Assembly (NCBI GenBank): GCA_964628585.1
Contig: CAZVMH010000005.1
Location: forward strand, 2,491 to 66,490
Source: an uncultured Candidatus Saccharibacteria bacterium
GTDB taxonomy: Bacteria; Patescibacteriota; UBA1384; XYA2-FULL-43-10; 1-14-0-10-43-13
DNA length: 64,000 nucleotides
Direction of reading: 5' to 3'
Below, piece after piece: positions 25,707 through 35,469 of this stretch (its first letter is position 1; each line of letters opens with the position of its first letter). Made by a program: the position numbers and the translations under genes. The notes under the pieces are model-generated. The model saw only the letters and a program-made list of their open reading frames with translations. It searched no databases and had not been told where the DNA came from.

Positions 25707-26666
25707 TCAGACCTCATTAATATTAAGAATATCATCTACTGATTTTGAGGCAGCCATTAAATATTTTACAAATATATGATTTTTCAGGTCTTCAATTCTT
25801 TTTTCTTTATGTTTGGTATGCTCAAGCACAAAATCAAATGAATGTATTGTCAGCCTGATAATGCTACATCTAAAAAATTCTTTTTCTTCCTTTGTTTTTA
25901 GAAATACATTCAATTTTTCTTGCCAATTTGGGTTTTTCCATAAGTATAACCAAAGAAAAGTAAAATCGACCATATAATTATCGGCACAAAACCACTCCAA
26001 ATCAGAAAAACTTATTTGATCATCTGGAGTGACAATAATATTTGAAGGAGTAAGATCTCCGTCACAGCTACTTCGGAAGGAACTTTTAAAATAATTATTT
26101 GCTTTTGATTTATAATAATTTACAGGTGTTGAAAGAGAAATACCGAGATCATTTTCAATAGCTTTTAGATCATATTCTTCGATTTGCTCGTAAAATCTTT
26201 TTGGGATTGAATACAACCTGGCATCTTTAATTTGTCGTAATATTTTTAAATTGCTCACTATCCCGTCGATTATTTTTTTACTCTTAGGCAAAAGTTCCTG
26301 CTTGATAGGATTGTTATATAAGGGATCGTCCGGTTGGGTTTCTCCTCCTAGGGGTGTTCCTGAAATGTAATCCTTTAACATCCAAAAATATTGCCCTATT
26401 TCTCCACTTTTTACTACCCTTGCCATCGCAGTTTTCTTGTTGAATTTGCTTTCAAAATCCTGCGTTATTTTATCAATGAGAATTTCTTTTAGTAACCTGT
26501 CGACTCTCGCCTGATTTTTTTTAGTAGAAATTTTCAATATTGCTTTTTTATTAAGAAACTTTCCCTTGCTCACAATATAATTTTCAGTCTCACTGAATTT
26601 TAATACTTGATCTTCTTGGAAACCTATTTCTTCTATTATTCTTATGAGGTCTTCTTTAAAACTCAT
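25707..26666 (-). CDS. Aminoglycoside-phosphotransferase-fold (APH/choline-kinase-like) putative sugar kinase.
   Basis: Brenner-like catalytic motif CDGDLTPSNIIV (cf. HGDLHPGNIL) and downstream ISFSDLEW..ADNYMVD (DxD-like). No other family signal. Confidence 0.45.
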   Translation of the reverse strand: MSFKEDLIRIIEEIGFQEDQVLKFSETENYIVSKGKFLNKKAILKISTKKNQARVDRLLKEILIDKITQDFESKFNKKTAMARVVKSGEIGQYFWMLKDYISGTPLGGETQPDDPLYNNPIKQELLPKSKKIIDGIVSNLKILRQIKDARLYSIPKRFYEQIEEYDLKAIENDLGISLSTPVNYYKSKANNYFKSSFRSSCDGDLTPSNIIVTPDDQISFSDLEWFCADNYMVDFTFLWLYLWKNPNWQEKLNVFLKTKEEKEFFRCSIIRLTIHSFDFVLEHTKHKEKRIEDLKNHIFVKYLMAASKSVDDILNINEV

Positions 26667-26678
26667 TTTAGTCTGTCT

Positions 26679-27725
26679 TTAATGTTTTAATTGATTATAC
26701 AAATCTTCATATTGGTCAGTCATTTTTTCAATATTAAATCGTTTCTCGGCCGATTGTCTACAGAATGACCTCTTGATCTTTTCAATTTTTTCTGAAGATT
26801 TTACTAAGGCATTAATATCGCCCCTCTTAACCACGAAACCATTTTTACCATCTTTAATAATCTCTTTTACAGGTTCCACATCGTATGCGATAACAGGTGT
26901 ACCACAGGTAAGAGATTCGATCATTACTAAACCGAACGCTTCATCAATTTTTGAAGTGAAAAGAACGGCTTTTGCTTTACCGTAATATTTATTTTTTTCT
27001 TCTAACCCCAATTGACCAACAAATTGAATGTTTTTAGTTAAGTTAGGTTTAATTGTCTGTTCAAAAAACTTTGGGTCGCTTTTTGTTCCAGCAATTAGTA
27101 GTTTTTTGCCACTCTTTTGGGCAAACTTTATGGCATCACCTGCTCCCTTCTTGTCACACATACCCCCGATCCAAAGATAATAATCTTCAGAATGGTCAGA
27201 ATAATCAAAACTGTTTATTTCGATTCCATGATATATCACTTTTGACCTCTTCGGATTGGGCCAATGATGCAAAAAAGCATGTGATGGAAACACATAATAT
27301 GGAGAATCATATTTCCTGAATATCATTTTTATATCATCTGTGTCATAATCACTATATCCGTGCACTGTAACAACAACTGGCTTATCTATAAATTTGAGTA
27401 TTGGCAAAAAATAATAAAAAGAAAATAGACTGACATGAAACACATCGAACTCATCTTTTCTCAATAGTACCTGTGTTAATTCTTCTATAGTAAATAAAGA
27501 TATTTTTCTCTTAGAAAAATCTTTGAGGCTTTTTGAAAACAGATCATTTGGTTCGCAAATATTGACAACCTTGCCAGAAACTTTGCTTCCTGCGCAGGCG
27601 AACAAGGTAATGTCATGACCTCTTTTAGCCAAAGACTCTGAATAACCATAAGTCCAAGATTCCGTTCCAGCGGAAGAATTTATATTGATTGGCCTGCTAA
27701 TATCACCTATTATTGCGATCTTCAT
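26679..27725 (-). CDS. GT4-family glycosyltransferase (348 aa).
   Basis: C-terminal GT-B motif SKIDEAFGLVMIESLTCGTPVIAYDVEPVKEIIKDGKNGFVV (E-x7-E). Confidence 0.85.
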   Translation of the reverse strand: MKIAIIGDISRPININSSAGTESWTYGYSESLAKRGHDITLFACAGSKVSGKVVNICEPNDLFSKSLKDFSKRKISLFTIEELTQVLLRKDEFDVFHVSLFSFYYFLPILKFIDKPVVVTVHGYSDYDTDDIKMIFRKYDSPYYVFPSHAFLHHWPNPKRSKVIYHGIEINSFDYSDHSEDYYLWIGGMCDKKGAGDAIKFAQKSGKKLLIAGTKSDPKFFEQTIKPNLTKNIQFVGQLGLEEKNKYYGKAKAVLFTSKIDEAFGLVMIESLTCGTPVIAYDVEPVKEIIKDGKNGFVVKRGDINALVKSSEKIEKIKRSFCRQSAEKRFNIEKMTDQYEDLYNQLKH

Positions 27726-28908
27726 ATTTCCCTCGAATACTCTTACTAAATAAATCTATAAATTTTTGACCAATCTTGGGCCATTCAATTTGTCTTCCTA
27801 GCACCTTTGCATTTGCTGAATACTTTTTAATTAGATCCGGATTCTGAATTAATTTATTGATTGCCAATGAAATTGATTTTGAATCTTTAAATTTTACCAA
27901 TTCTCCAACTTTATAATTCTTCACTACATCCTGAGCAAAAACGTAAGGCGTAGAAACTATGCACTTGCCTGCTTCGATTGCATAGCTCAATGTGCCAGAA
28001 CTGGCCTGTTCCTTAGAATAATATGGAGTAATATATATGTTGGTATTGGCTAGGTATCTATAGATTGCGTCGAATTTTAAATAGTAAGGATAAAAAAAGA
28101 CGTTATTTTCTAATTTCAATTTTTTAGAGAGTTTTACTAGATAGTGCATATATTTCCTGGATTTTTTAGGATGAGTTTTACCTAAAATTGCATATTTTAT
28201 GCTTAATTTGGGATTGTTTTTTATGATTTCCGGTAAAGCCATTATCATATATTCTAACCCCTTCTTGGGGGTAATAAGACCAAAAGTAGAAATTACAAAA
28301 TCATTTTTTTTGAATCCTAAAGTCTCTTTCTTTTTTTGGTCTTTTTCTATTTGGACCGAAGAAACTCTTTCAGCACCATGTGGTACCACATAGGTCTTAT
28401 TTAAAGAATTTTTTACATTTTTTTCAAGATAAGACTTAGCCGTTTCCGTCATGACAGAGATACCATCAACATAAGCAAACATTTTGCCCGATAATTTGTT
28501 TCTACTTTTATATCTTTTTGCTCTGATTCTGACTGGTTCATCTAAATTAATCGAAACGGTATGGAGTGTAATTACAACCGGTTTCTTCAAATGTTTTAAA
28601 AGAAACAAGAGTTTGTTTCCATTAAAACCACCGTAAATTCCGAATTCATGTTGAACGGAAACGACATCACAATCTGAGTTGTTGATTAACTCTGCAGCTT
28701 TAAGATAGTCCCCATCATTGTTCTGTGAGATCGAGGCAATGACCTCTTTTGGATAATTATACTTGTCATCGTTCATAGCTATAACAGAAGCTCTGACGTT
28801 TGGATCAGCAGATTTTATTGCCTTAATTAAATTATTTGTATAAGTTGCAATCCCGCATTCTCTTGGAATATAACTTGATATAAAGATAATCTTGAGACCA
28901 GTACTCAT
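27703..28908 (-). CDS. GT4-like glycosyltransferase (401 aa), paralog of 28911-30119.
   Basis: N-terminal CGIATYT motif. C-terminal YYSKEQASSGTLSYAIEAGKCIVSTPY (variant of the EX7E region). Overlaps neighbours. Confidence 0.8.
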   Translation of the reverse strand: MSTGLKIIFISSYIPRECGIATYTNNLIKAIKSADPNVRASVIAMNDDKYNYPKEVIASISQNNDGDYLKAAELINNSDCDVVSVQHEFGIYGGFNGNKLLFLLKHLKKPVVITLHTVSINLDEPVRIRAKRYKSRNKLSGKMFAYVDGISVMTETAKSYLEKNVKNSLNKTYVVPHGAERVSSVQIEKDQKKKETLGFKKNDFVISTFGLITPKKGLEYMIMALPEIIKNNPKLSIKYAILGKTHPKKSRKYMHYLVKLSKKLKLENNVFFYPYYLKFDAIYRYLANTNIYITPYYSKEQASSGTLSYAIEAGKCIVSTPYVFAQDVVKNYKVGELVKFKDSKSISLAINKLIQNPDLIKKYSANAKVLGRQIEWPKIGQKFIDLFSKSIRGKYEDRNNR

Positions 28909-28910
28909 TA

Positions 28911-30119
28911 TTATTTTTCCTTATTACTTTCTTTTTTAGTTTTTTTTTGATCTTCTTTATAACATTCAAGAAACAGGTTCAGATAGTTTCTAGCGGTTTT
29001 TGACCAAATTTGTTGTCGAACATACTTATAAGATAAATTTTGCATTCTATGTCTGGCTTTTGGATGTTCAATTAAGAAATTAATTTCTTCAGCAATGGCA
29101 TGACTATTTGCCGGTGGTACCAACAGACCCCTATGATCGGCTAAAACCTCTTTGGCATAATCGAATGGAGTGGAAACACAGGCTCTTCCGCAAGCCATAG
29201 CATATGTAAGAGTACCAGAAGAAACCTGATCTAAGACCAGAAAAGGTGCGACAAAGACATTCGAGGCCATTAGGTAATTAAGCAGATCTGAATAACTTAC
29301 AAATTTATTGATGAATTTTACATTATCTGAAAGTTTTAGTTTTTTAACTCTGTCTTTTAGCCCCTGATAATATTCTGGATTTCTTTGCGGATGGTAACGA
29401 CCAATCAATAACAGCTTAGTGTTTGGATGCGCTTTAACAACATCTGCCATTGCTTCGATTAAGTATTCATAGCCTTTTTTTGGTCTCATTAAGCCAAAGG
29501 AAGAAATGATCGTGTCTTTTTTAGAGAATCCCATCATTTCTTTAAAAAATCCTGAGGAATATCTGGGCACATTTGGAGCACCATGCGGAATAACAATAAT
29601 TTTGTCAGGACTTATATTATATTTTTTGACTAGAATTTTTTTAGCAATATCGGCTAAAACAACAATACGGACGGATCTTTCACAAATCTCTCTAACAACT
29701 TCGAGATGATGAGGTGCCGGTTTTTTATAGACCATATGAAGAGTCGTAACAGCTGGTTTTTTTAAGGCGCGAAGAAAAATTAAAAAGTTTTTACCATCAT
29801 CTTGTCCCAAAGTTTCAGGGTTAACTTTGGCCCCATACAGCCCAAACTCATGTTGTATGTTTACTACCTGTGCATCACTTTTATTGATAAATTCAGCCGC
29901 TTTTTTATAGCCCTCATGATCTTTATCGTTGAAATGGAACTTTACAGATGAAGAATATTTGTAACCCTTATCGTTGTCTTCTACTGCCACAATAAAATCA
30001 TCCATGTCTGGGTTTTTTTCTTTCATCACTTTTCGTAGCGCAAATGCATAGGTGGCAATTCCACATGCTTTTGGCAAAAATGCGGTGAAATGAGCAATTT
30101 TGGTTATTTTATCTGCCAT
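28911..30119 (-). CDS. GT4-like glycosyltransferase (402 aa), paralog of 27703-28908.
   Basis: CGIATYAF N-terminal motif. LDQVSSGTLTYAMACGRACVSTPF. Same architecture as the upstream paralog. Confidence 0.8.
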   Translation of the reverse strand: MADKITKIAHFTAFLPKACGIATYAFALRKVMKEKNPDMDDFIVAVEDNDKGYKYSSSVKFHFNDKDHEGYKKAAEFINKSDAQVVNIQHEFGLYGAKVNPETLGQDDGKNFLIFLRALKKPAVTTLHMVYKKPAPHHLEVVREICERSVRIVVLADIAKKILVKKYNISPDKIIVIPHGAPNVPRYSSGFFKEMMGFSKKDTIISSFGLMRPKKGYEYLIEAMADVVKAHPNTKLLLIGRYHPQRNPEYYQGLKDRVKKLKLSDNVKFINKFVSYSDLLNYLMASNVFVAPFLVLDQVSSGTLTYAMACGRACVSTPFDYAKEVLADHRGLLVPPANSHAIAEEINFLIEHPKARHRMQNLSYKYVRQQIWSKTARNYLNLFLECYKEDQKKTKKESNKEK

Positions 30120-30121
30120 TT

Positions 30122-31129
30122 TTATCCTTTTTCACTCTTTCTTAAATACTCTGCCGCCTCTTCAGGCGACATAACATCAATAATTACTTCGCTTCCTAAT
30201 TCGAACCCGCCAAAATTTGAAACACGAGGAATTATCTCTAAATGCCAGTGAAATGACTCCGAATCTTGTTCTATAGTGGGCAGTGTATGAATATACAGAT
30301 TAAAAGGCGGATTTTCAAGTGTTTTGTCAAGTTTTCGAAGTGTTTCCATAAGACAATCAACAAAGTCCTGCATGCTTTCTTTTGAAATTTTTTGAAACTC
30401 ACTTTCATGGTGTTTGGGATAAATCCATGTTTCAAAAGGGAATCTAGCAGCGTAAAAAGTTGCCACTAAGAAGTTTTTGTTTTCATAAACTACTCTTACT
30501 TTTTCCTTTAATTCGTGCTGGACCATATCGCAAAAAACACAGTGACCATTAATACCATAATATCGGTTAGCTCCAGTCATCTCTTTTCCGACTGTATTGG
30601 CGATTACCCCTGAAGCAAAAATTTGGGCATGAGGGTGATTAATAGATGCTCCTGATTCAGCACCATGATTGTAAATTGGCATTATTGATGCAATATTTTC
30701 TTTTTTATGAATCGAGATATAACGATCTCTTATAACTTCAAAAAATTCAACGGCAATTTCATTTGTTATACAAGGCAGAGAAGTGTCATGATCTTTTAGA
30801 ACAACAACTTCATGTTTTCCAACGGATATCCTCTGGCGATAAAAACCTTTTTCTGGATAAAAACTTCGCAATGATGACTCATCGTCTGTGTCGACAAAAG
30901 CAGGATATTTATTTTCAATAACATAGACATTTTTTGTAGCAGACCCACGAATTTTTTCATTGGAGTTATACCCCTCTGAATTTATGCAGAATGGACACTT
31001 TTTTTTATCCGATACGGTCACGCTTTTAGGAATAACGAAATCTTGCGGACGTTTGGATCGCTCGGGAGCAATTACGACCCAATCACCAGTAATAATATTT
31101 TGTCTAAGTTGTGGCACGGTTCCCTCCAT
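30122..31129 (-). CDS. galT: GalT-family (HIT-superfamily) hexose-1-phosphate uridylyltransferase or related nucleotidyl-sugar phosphorylase.
   Basis: Zn-site CPFC near the N-terminus. Catalytic INHPHAQIF (HxHxQ) motif. Second half-domain with HWHLE. Confidence 0.75.
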   Translation of the reverse strand: MEGTVPQLRQNIITGDWVVIAPERSKRPQDFVIPKSVTVSDKKKCPFCINSEGYNSNEKIRGSATKNVYVIENKYPAFVDTDDESSLRSFYPEKGFYRQRISVGKHEVVVLKDHDTSLPCITNEIAVEFFEVIRDRYISIHKKENIASIMPIYNHGAESGASINHPHAQIFASGVIANTVGKEMTGANRYYGINGHCVFCDMVQHELKEKVRVVYENKNFLVATFYAARFPFETWIYPKHHESEFQKISKESMQDFVDCLMETLRKLDKTLENPPFNLYIHTLPTIEQDSESFHWHLEIIPRVSNFGGFELGSEVIIDVMSPEEAAEYLRKSEKG

Positions 31130-31139
31130 TTTCTTACTA

Positions 31140-31631
31140 TCAGTTGTTTGTTTTTACTGTCTGAGCATGACAGATCGCAATTGCCAAAGCATCTGCAGCA
31201 TCATCTGGCTTGGGACAGTTTTTCAGTTTGCAAGTGATGCGAACCATTTCCTGCATTTGAGCTTTGTCTGCCCGGCCATACCCAGTGATCGCTTGCTTCA
31301 CTTGCAACGGTGTATATTCCACAACCGCTAGATTGTGTTTCATAGCACAGACGATTGCTACCCCTCGCGCTTGAGCTACACTCATAACCGTCTTTTGATT
31401 TTTAAAGAAAAATAATTCCTCAACTGCCATACAATCGAGCTTCTCTCTCTCAATTATATCACATAAAGAACTATAAATATGGAACAAACGGGTGGGCAAA
31501 TTCTGCTTTGCTGGCGTTCTTATACAACCATATTTTTTAGGGATAATATTTGCCCCATATTTCTCAATGATTCCCCAACCAAGAATAGCTGTTCCAGGAT
31601 CAATGCCAAGAATTTTTAGATTATTTACCAT
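31140..31631 (-). CDS. ruvC: Crossover junction endodeoxyribonuclease RuvC.
   Basis: ILGIDPGTAILGWGII...MAVEELFF...DAADALAIAICH (catalytic D/E/D/D residues). Confidence 0.93.
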   Translation of the reverse strand: MVNNLKILGIDPGTAILGWGIIEKYGANIIPKKYGCIRTPAKQNLPTRLFHIYSSLCDIIEREKLDCMAVEELFFFKNQKTVMSVAQARGVAIVCAMKHNLAVVEYTPLQVKQAITGYGRADKAQMQEMVRITCKLKNCPKPDDAADALAIAICHAQTVKTNN

Positions 31632-31643
31632 ATAGAATAAATA

Positions 31644-32372
31644 TTAAATGCTTAGATTGGCATAAATGTTACTTACATCGTCTATTTCTTCCAATTTTTC
31701 GATGATTGAAATCAAAGAGGATTGCTTATCCTCCGGAAGTTCGATCAGAGTACTTGGCTGCTGAATAAATTCAGAAGATTCTATGATCACGCCAGCATCT
31801 TCTAGAGCCTTTCTGACTTGATGCATTGAATTGAAAGAGCAGGTAATTATATAGAGCCCATCATTTTTTTCAAAATCATCCGCTCCAGAATCAATTATAG
31901 CCAGCTCTAAATCATCTCCCTTAAATGAGTTTTTTGATTCGTCAATGATAATTTGGCCAACTTTTTTAAACAGATAAGAAACGCTTCCTGGACCAGCCAG
32001 TGATCCATTACATTTATTTAAAATTGCTTTGATATCTCCTGACGTTCGGTTTTTATTATCAGTTAAACATTCGATCAGTAAGGCGACACCATTTGGTCCA
32101 TATGCCTCGTAGGTAATTTCTTCAATGGCTGCTCCGCCACCCTCGCCTAAACCTTTTTTAATCGCTCTATCGATATTTTCCTTTGGCATTGAAACAGACT
32201 TGGCATTTTCGATTGCCATTCGAAGAGAGGGGTTCATGGTTGGATCGCCACTTTTGCCGTCTCGCGCTGCAATAGTGACCAATTTGGCCATTTTAGTAAA
32301 GACCTTGCCGCGCTTGGCATCTATAATTGCTTTTTTATGTTTAGTTGTAGCCCATTTGGAATGTCCGCTCAT
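31644..32372 (-). CDS. yebC: YebC/PmpR-family transcriptional regulator.
   Basis: MSGHSKWATTKHKKAIIDAKRGKVFTKMAKLVTIAAR is the canonical YebC N-terminus. Conserved synteny upstream of ruvC. Confidence 0.95.
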   Translation of the reverse strand: MSGHSKWATTKHKKAIIDAKRGKVFTKMAKLVTIAARDGKSGDPTMNPSLRMAIENAKSVSMPKENIDRAIKKGLGEGGGAAIEEITYEAYGPNGVALLIECLTDNKNRTSGDIKAILNKCNGSLAGPGSVSYLFKKVGQIIIDESKNSFKGDDLELAIIDSGADDFEKNDGLYIITCSFNSMHQVRKALEDAGVIIESSEFIQQPSTLIELPEDKQSSLISIIEKLEEIDDVSNIYANLSI

Positions 32373-32445
32373 ATTTTTTCCTTTATAACTGTTTGCGACT
32401 TTAGTCTATCCTCAATCGGCCTTTTTTTCAAGATCAAAAAGACCA

Positions 32446-33303
32446 TTACTTTTTCGACAGACCAGCCTCATCGATTATGAATCTGATTGTACCATCGCGA
32501 TCAGTTCGATAATATTTGATAGAATTTTGAACTAATAGATCAAGAACTGCCGTATGAGGGTGGCCAAATTTGTTATTGGCGCCAACTTCTATGACTCCAA
32601 TTTGTGGTTTCACAGCATCTATCAGATTTTGGTTTGTACCATTGGTCGAGCCATGATGAGAAAGTTTCATAATTTCTGATTGGATATTGCTAATGCTTAT
32701 AAATTTTACCTGTTCGTCTGTTTCAATGTCTCCTGTAAAAAGTACACAATGAGTAAAATAGCAAAATCTTGTCACTTCTGAAGTATTATTGGCGTTTTCG
32801 TTCGTTTTTTGTTCGTACAACTTTCCTGGCCAAAGAAAAGTTAATTCTCCATTCTGGAACGGCAAAATTTGTTCGCCAATGTCTGGGACAGGGCTTACGA
32901 TATTTTTTTTCTTGATCTTAGCCAGAAATTCAGTATAGGCGTTGGAATCATACAGTGTTCCAGAGTAATATATTTTCTCGACCTGATACCGATCCAGAAT
33001 TTGATTGATACCGATGAGGTGATCTGCGTGAGGATGAGTTAAAATTACTACTTCAATTCTTCGATCCGTCAGGGGCATCACTTTACCCAATTCTGATAGA
33101 ACTTTGTCGTCTCCCCCACCATCAATTAAGATTTGATAGTCCCCTTTTTGGATTAGTTCGCTGTCTCCCTGGCCTAAATCAAAAAAGTAAACTGATGCTT
33201 CGCTTTTATTCTCGTTGGCCGAAGGACTCCTGGCAATATTTGCCCAAACAAAAAATGCCCCCAAAGCAAGAAGCACAAGAATAATTTTAGTCCATTTTTT
33301 CAT
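32446..33303 (-). CDS. Stand-alone secreted MBL-fold (metallo-beta-lactamase) protein corresponding to the C-terminal domain of ComEC.
   Basis: Own signal peptide MKKWTKIILVLLALGAFFVWA. VVILTHPHADHLIG (HxHxDH). ...LSHHGS. The start ATG overlaps the comEC stop (ATGA). Confidence 0.8.
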   Translation of the reverse strand: MKKWTKIILVLLALGAFFVWANIARSPSANENKSEASVYFFDLGQGDSELIQKGDYQILIDGGGDDKVLSELGKVMPLTDRRIEVVILTHPHADHLIGINQILDRYQVEKIYYSGTLYDSNAYTEFLAKIKKKNIVSPVPDIGEQILPFQNGELTFLWPGKLYEQKTNENANNTSEVTRFCYFTHCVLFTGDIETDEQVKFISISNIQSEIMKLSHHGSTNGTNQNLIDAVKPQIGVIEVGANNKFGHPHTAVLDLLVQNSIKYYRTDRDGTIRFIIDEAGLSKK

Positions 33304-34820
33304 ATACTTAACTTATATTTACGATAAAGAAAAAACGTTGCCACAATCAAAATTGTATAGCAAACTGGCAAAACTAGCCAAGAATTTGTACTCCAAGTAA
33401 AAGATGCTCCTGGAATGCGAGCCATCCGCTCAACCATTATAATAATAAATTGCAAAGCCGGCCAAGCAAAAAATGAAGCCGATTTCCCAAGTGGATACCA
33501 AACTATTGTTAATAATCCTGTGATTGCGACAAGCCCCATTGCCCAGGGTACGATCCAAAGCACAAGCACATTTGATAATGGCGCAATAAGCGAAACGCGA
33601 CCAAAAACGACTAAAATGAGTGGGAACACGGCAATTTGGGCTCCCAATGTCGCCGTTAGTGTTGTTTTTAGCCAGTCTGGCATCTTTGATAAGAATTTTT
33701 TACTTTCAATATATTTCTCAATAATCGGCGAAAGATAAATTAAACCACAAAAAGCCAGAAATGAAAGCTGAAATCCAATATCGTTGTAAAGAACGAATGG
33801 ATTAACCAAAACCATAATGATCGCTGCCAAAAGCATGATATTTGTAAAGTCACCTCGCCGACCTAAAGTTTTACCAAACAATATCAGAAGCGAAAAGATT
33901 TCCGCTCTTACTACACTTGAAGCAGCACCGGTCAAAATAACAAAACCACCAATAAGAAGCACGCCTAAGATAAAAACTTTCTTCCGCCCCAGATATATGA
34001 CAAAAGAATCGGCAAAAATGGTCACGAGTATTGTAACGTTAAAACCAGACAGTGCAATTATGTGAGTTAAACCAGTAGTGCCCAGGGCATCTTTAAAATT
34101 TTGAGGAATGTTGCGCTTAATGCCGAGAATCAGGCCCGAAGCCAAACTTGCATGCGGTTCGGATAAAACAGAGTTTAGCGTTTCCTCTATGCGGGTTGAA
34201 ACGTAATACAAATTCCCGAGAATCTTTTGACCGATATTTAGATTCTGACCCTGGTCTTCTGCCTTTTCTGCCTGATTAATAACTCCAAAAATTAAATATC
34301 TTTTTAAGTATCGCCCGTAGTCAAATTCTTCTATCATCCCCGGTTTTTCAATCTTGCCAGAAAGAATGACGTTATCACCATAATGGACAGATGGGTAATG
34401 GGGCAAATTAACTAAAAGTAAACTGTTTGGAGTGAATTCTGCGCTCTGATTATCGCTTTCAATCTTTGAAATTTTGACCACAACCTGCTGGCGCTTGTAG
34501 TTAACATCGGGCTTTTTGACAATTCTGCCTTCGATTTGCATGTTCTGATCATACGGCAGGACAACTTGATGCTTAAAATCAAATAGAGAATAATATCCAG
34601 CCCCAAGGACAAAACAAAATAGCAAATAAGAGACTAGGACTATAAAATGATTCTTCAATACGAAATTAACAAGCGATGAGAAGAGTAGGGCTAATAGTAA
34701 AATTACAAATGAGACATAACTTTTTTCAAAATCAATTTTAATAAAATTGGACAAAAATACGCCAAACAAAAAAAATAGAGCAAAAAAAGTAAAGAGCCTA
34801 AATTTTGGCAAATTGGCCAT
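33300..34820 (-). CDS. comEC: ComEC/Rec2 DNA-uptake channel (DUF4131 plus competence domain) lacking the fused MBL domain.
   Basis: N-terminal TM helices plus OB-like region (NMQIEGRIVKKPDV...). Competence-domain core HIIALSGFNVTILV and multiple C-terminal TM helices. Confidence 0.85.
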   Translation of the reverse strand: MANLPKFRLFTFFALFFLFGVFLSNFIKIDFEKSYVSFVILLLALLFSSLVNFVLKNHFIVLVSYLLFCFVLGAGYYSLFDFKHQVVLPYDQNMQIEGRIVKKPDVNYKRQQVVVKISKIESDNQSAEFTPNSLLLVNLPHYPSVHYGDNVILSGKIEKPGMIEEFDYGRYLKRYLIFGVINQAEKAEDQGQNLNIGQKILGNLYYVSTRIEETLNSVLSEPHASLASGLILGIKRNIPQNFKDALGTTGLTHIIALSGFNVTILVTIFADSFVIYLGRKKVFILGVLLIGGFVILTGAASSVVRAEIFSLLILFGKTLGRRGDFTNIMLLAAIIMVLVNPFVLYNDIGFQLSFLAFCGLIYLSPIIEKYIESKKFLSKMPDWLKTTLTATLGAQIAVFPLILVVFGRVSLIAPLSNVLVLWIVPWAMGLVAITGLLTIVWYPLGKSASFFAWPALQFIIIMVERMARIPGASFTWSTNSWLVLPVCYTILIVATFFLYRKYKLSI

Positions 34821-34926
34821 TGTTTGCCCTCACTATAGCATATTATAGTAGATAACAGGATAAAGATGTCAGATAACAGCAGCTCCATTGACCAGTTGAC
34901 GATTTATCCGATTTGATGTACAATTC

Positions 34927-35406
34927 TTGAAGATGAAAAAAGAAAAAACAAACCCAAAACTTAGGGAATTAGAAGACAAGATAACTGAATTAACGGTTGG
35001 CTGGCAGAGAAGTCAAGCCGATTTTGAGAACTATAAAAAACGAACCGCCCAAGAAAAAATTGATCTGTGTAATAATTCTAATGCAAATTTGATATATAAT
35101 ATTTTGCCAGTGCTCGATAATTTTCAACTAGCTGCAAAACATGTGCCGGAAAATTTAAAGGATGACAATTGGGCCATGGGAATTAAACAGATTGAAAAAC
35201 AACTTGAAGACGTACTCGTAAGCGAAGGCCTTGAGAAGATTGAGACTATCGGTACAAAATTTGACCCAAATTTTCATGAGGCAATGGAGCACGTGGCGTC
35301 TGATAAACCTGAAGATGAAATTGTCGAGGAGGTTTTATCTGGATACAAATTTAACGATACAATATTGCGTGCTGCCAAAGTCAAAGTCTCTAGCGGAAAA
35401 AAATAA
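34927..35406 (+). CDS. grpE: Nucleotide exchange factor GrpE.
   Basis: ADFENYKKRTAQEK...LPVLDNFQLA...GTKFDPNFHEAMEHV. Confidence 0.9.
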   Translation: MKMKKEKTNPKLRELEDKITELTVGWQRSQADFENYKKRTAQEKIDLCNNSNANLIYNILPVLDNFQLAAKHVPENLKDDNWAMGIKQIEKQLEDVLVSEGLEKIETIGTKFDPNFHEAMEHVASDKPEDEIVEEVLSGYKFNDTILRAAKVKVSSGKK

Positions 35407-35469
35407 TTTTGGTCTATAAAATGGAAGAGGCGGACAACTTTGTAGTGTCCGCCCAGCTTCCCCTCTTAC

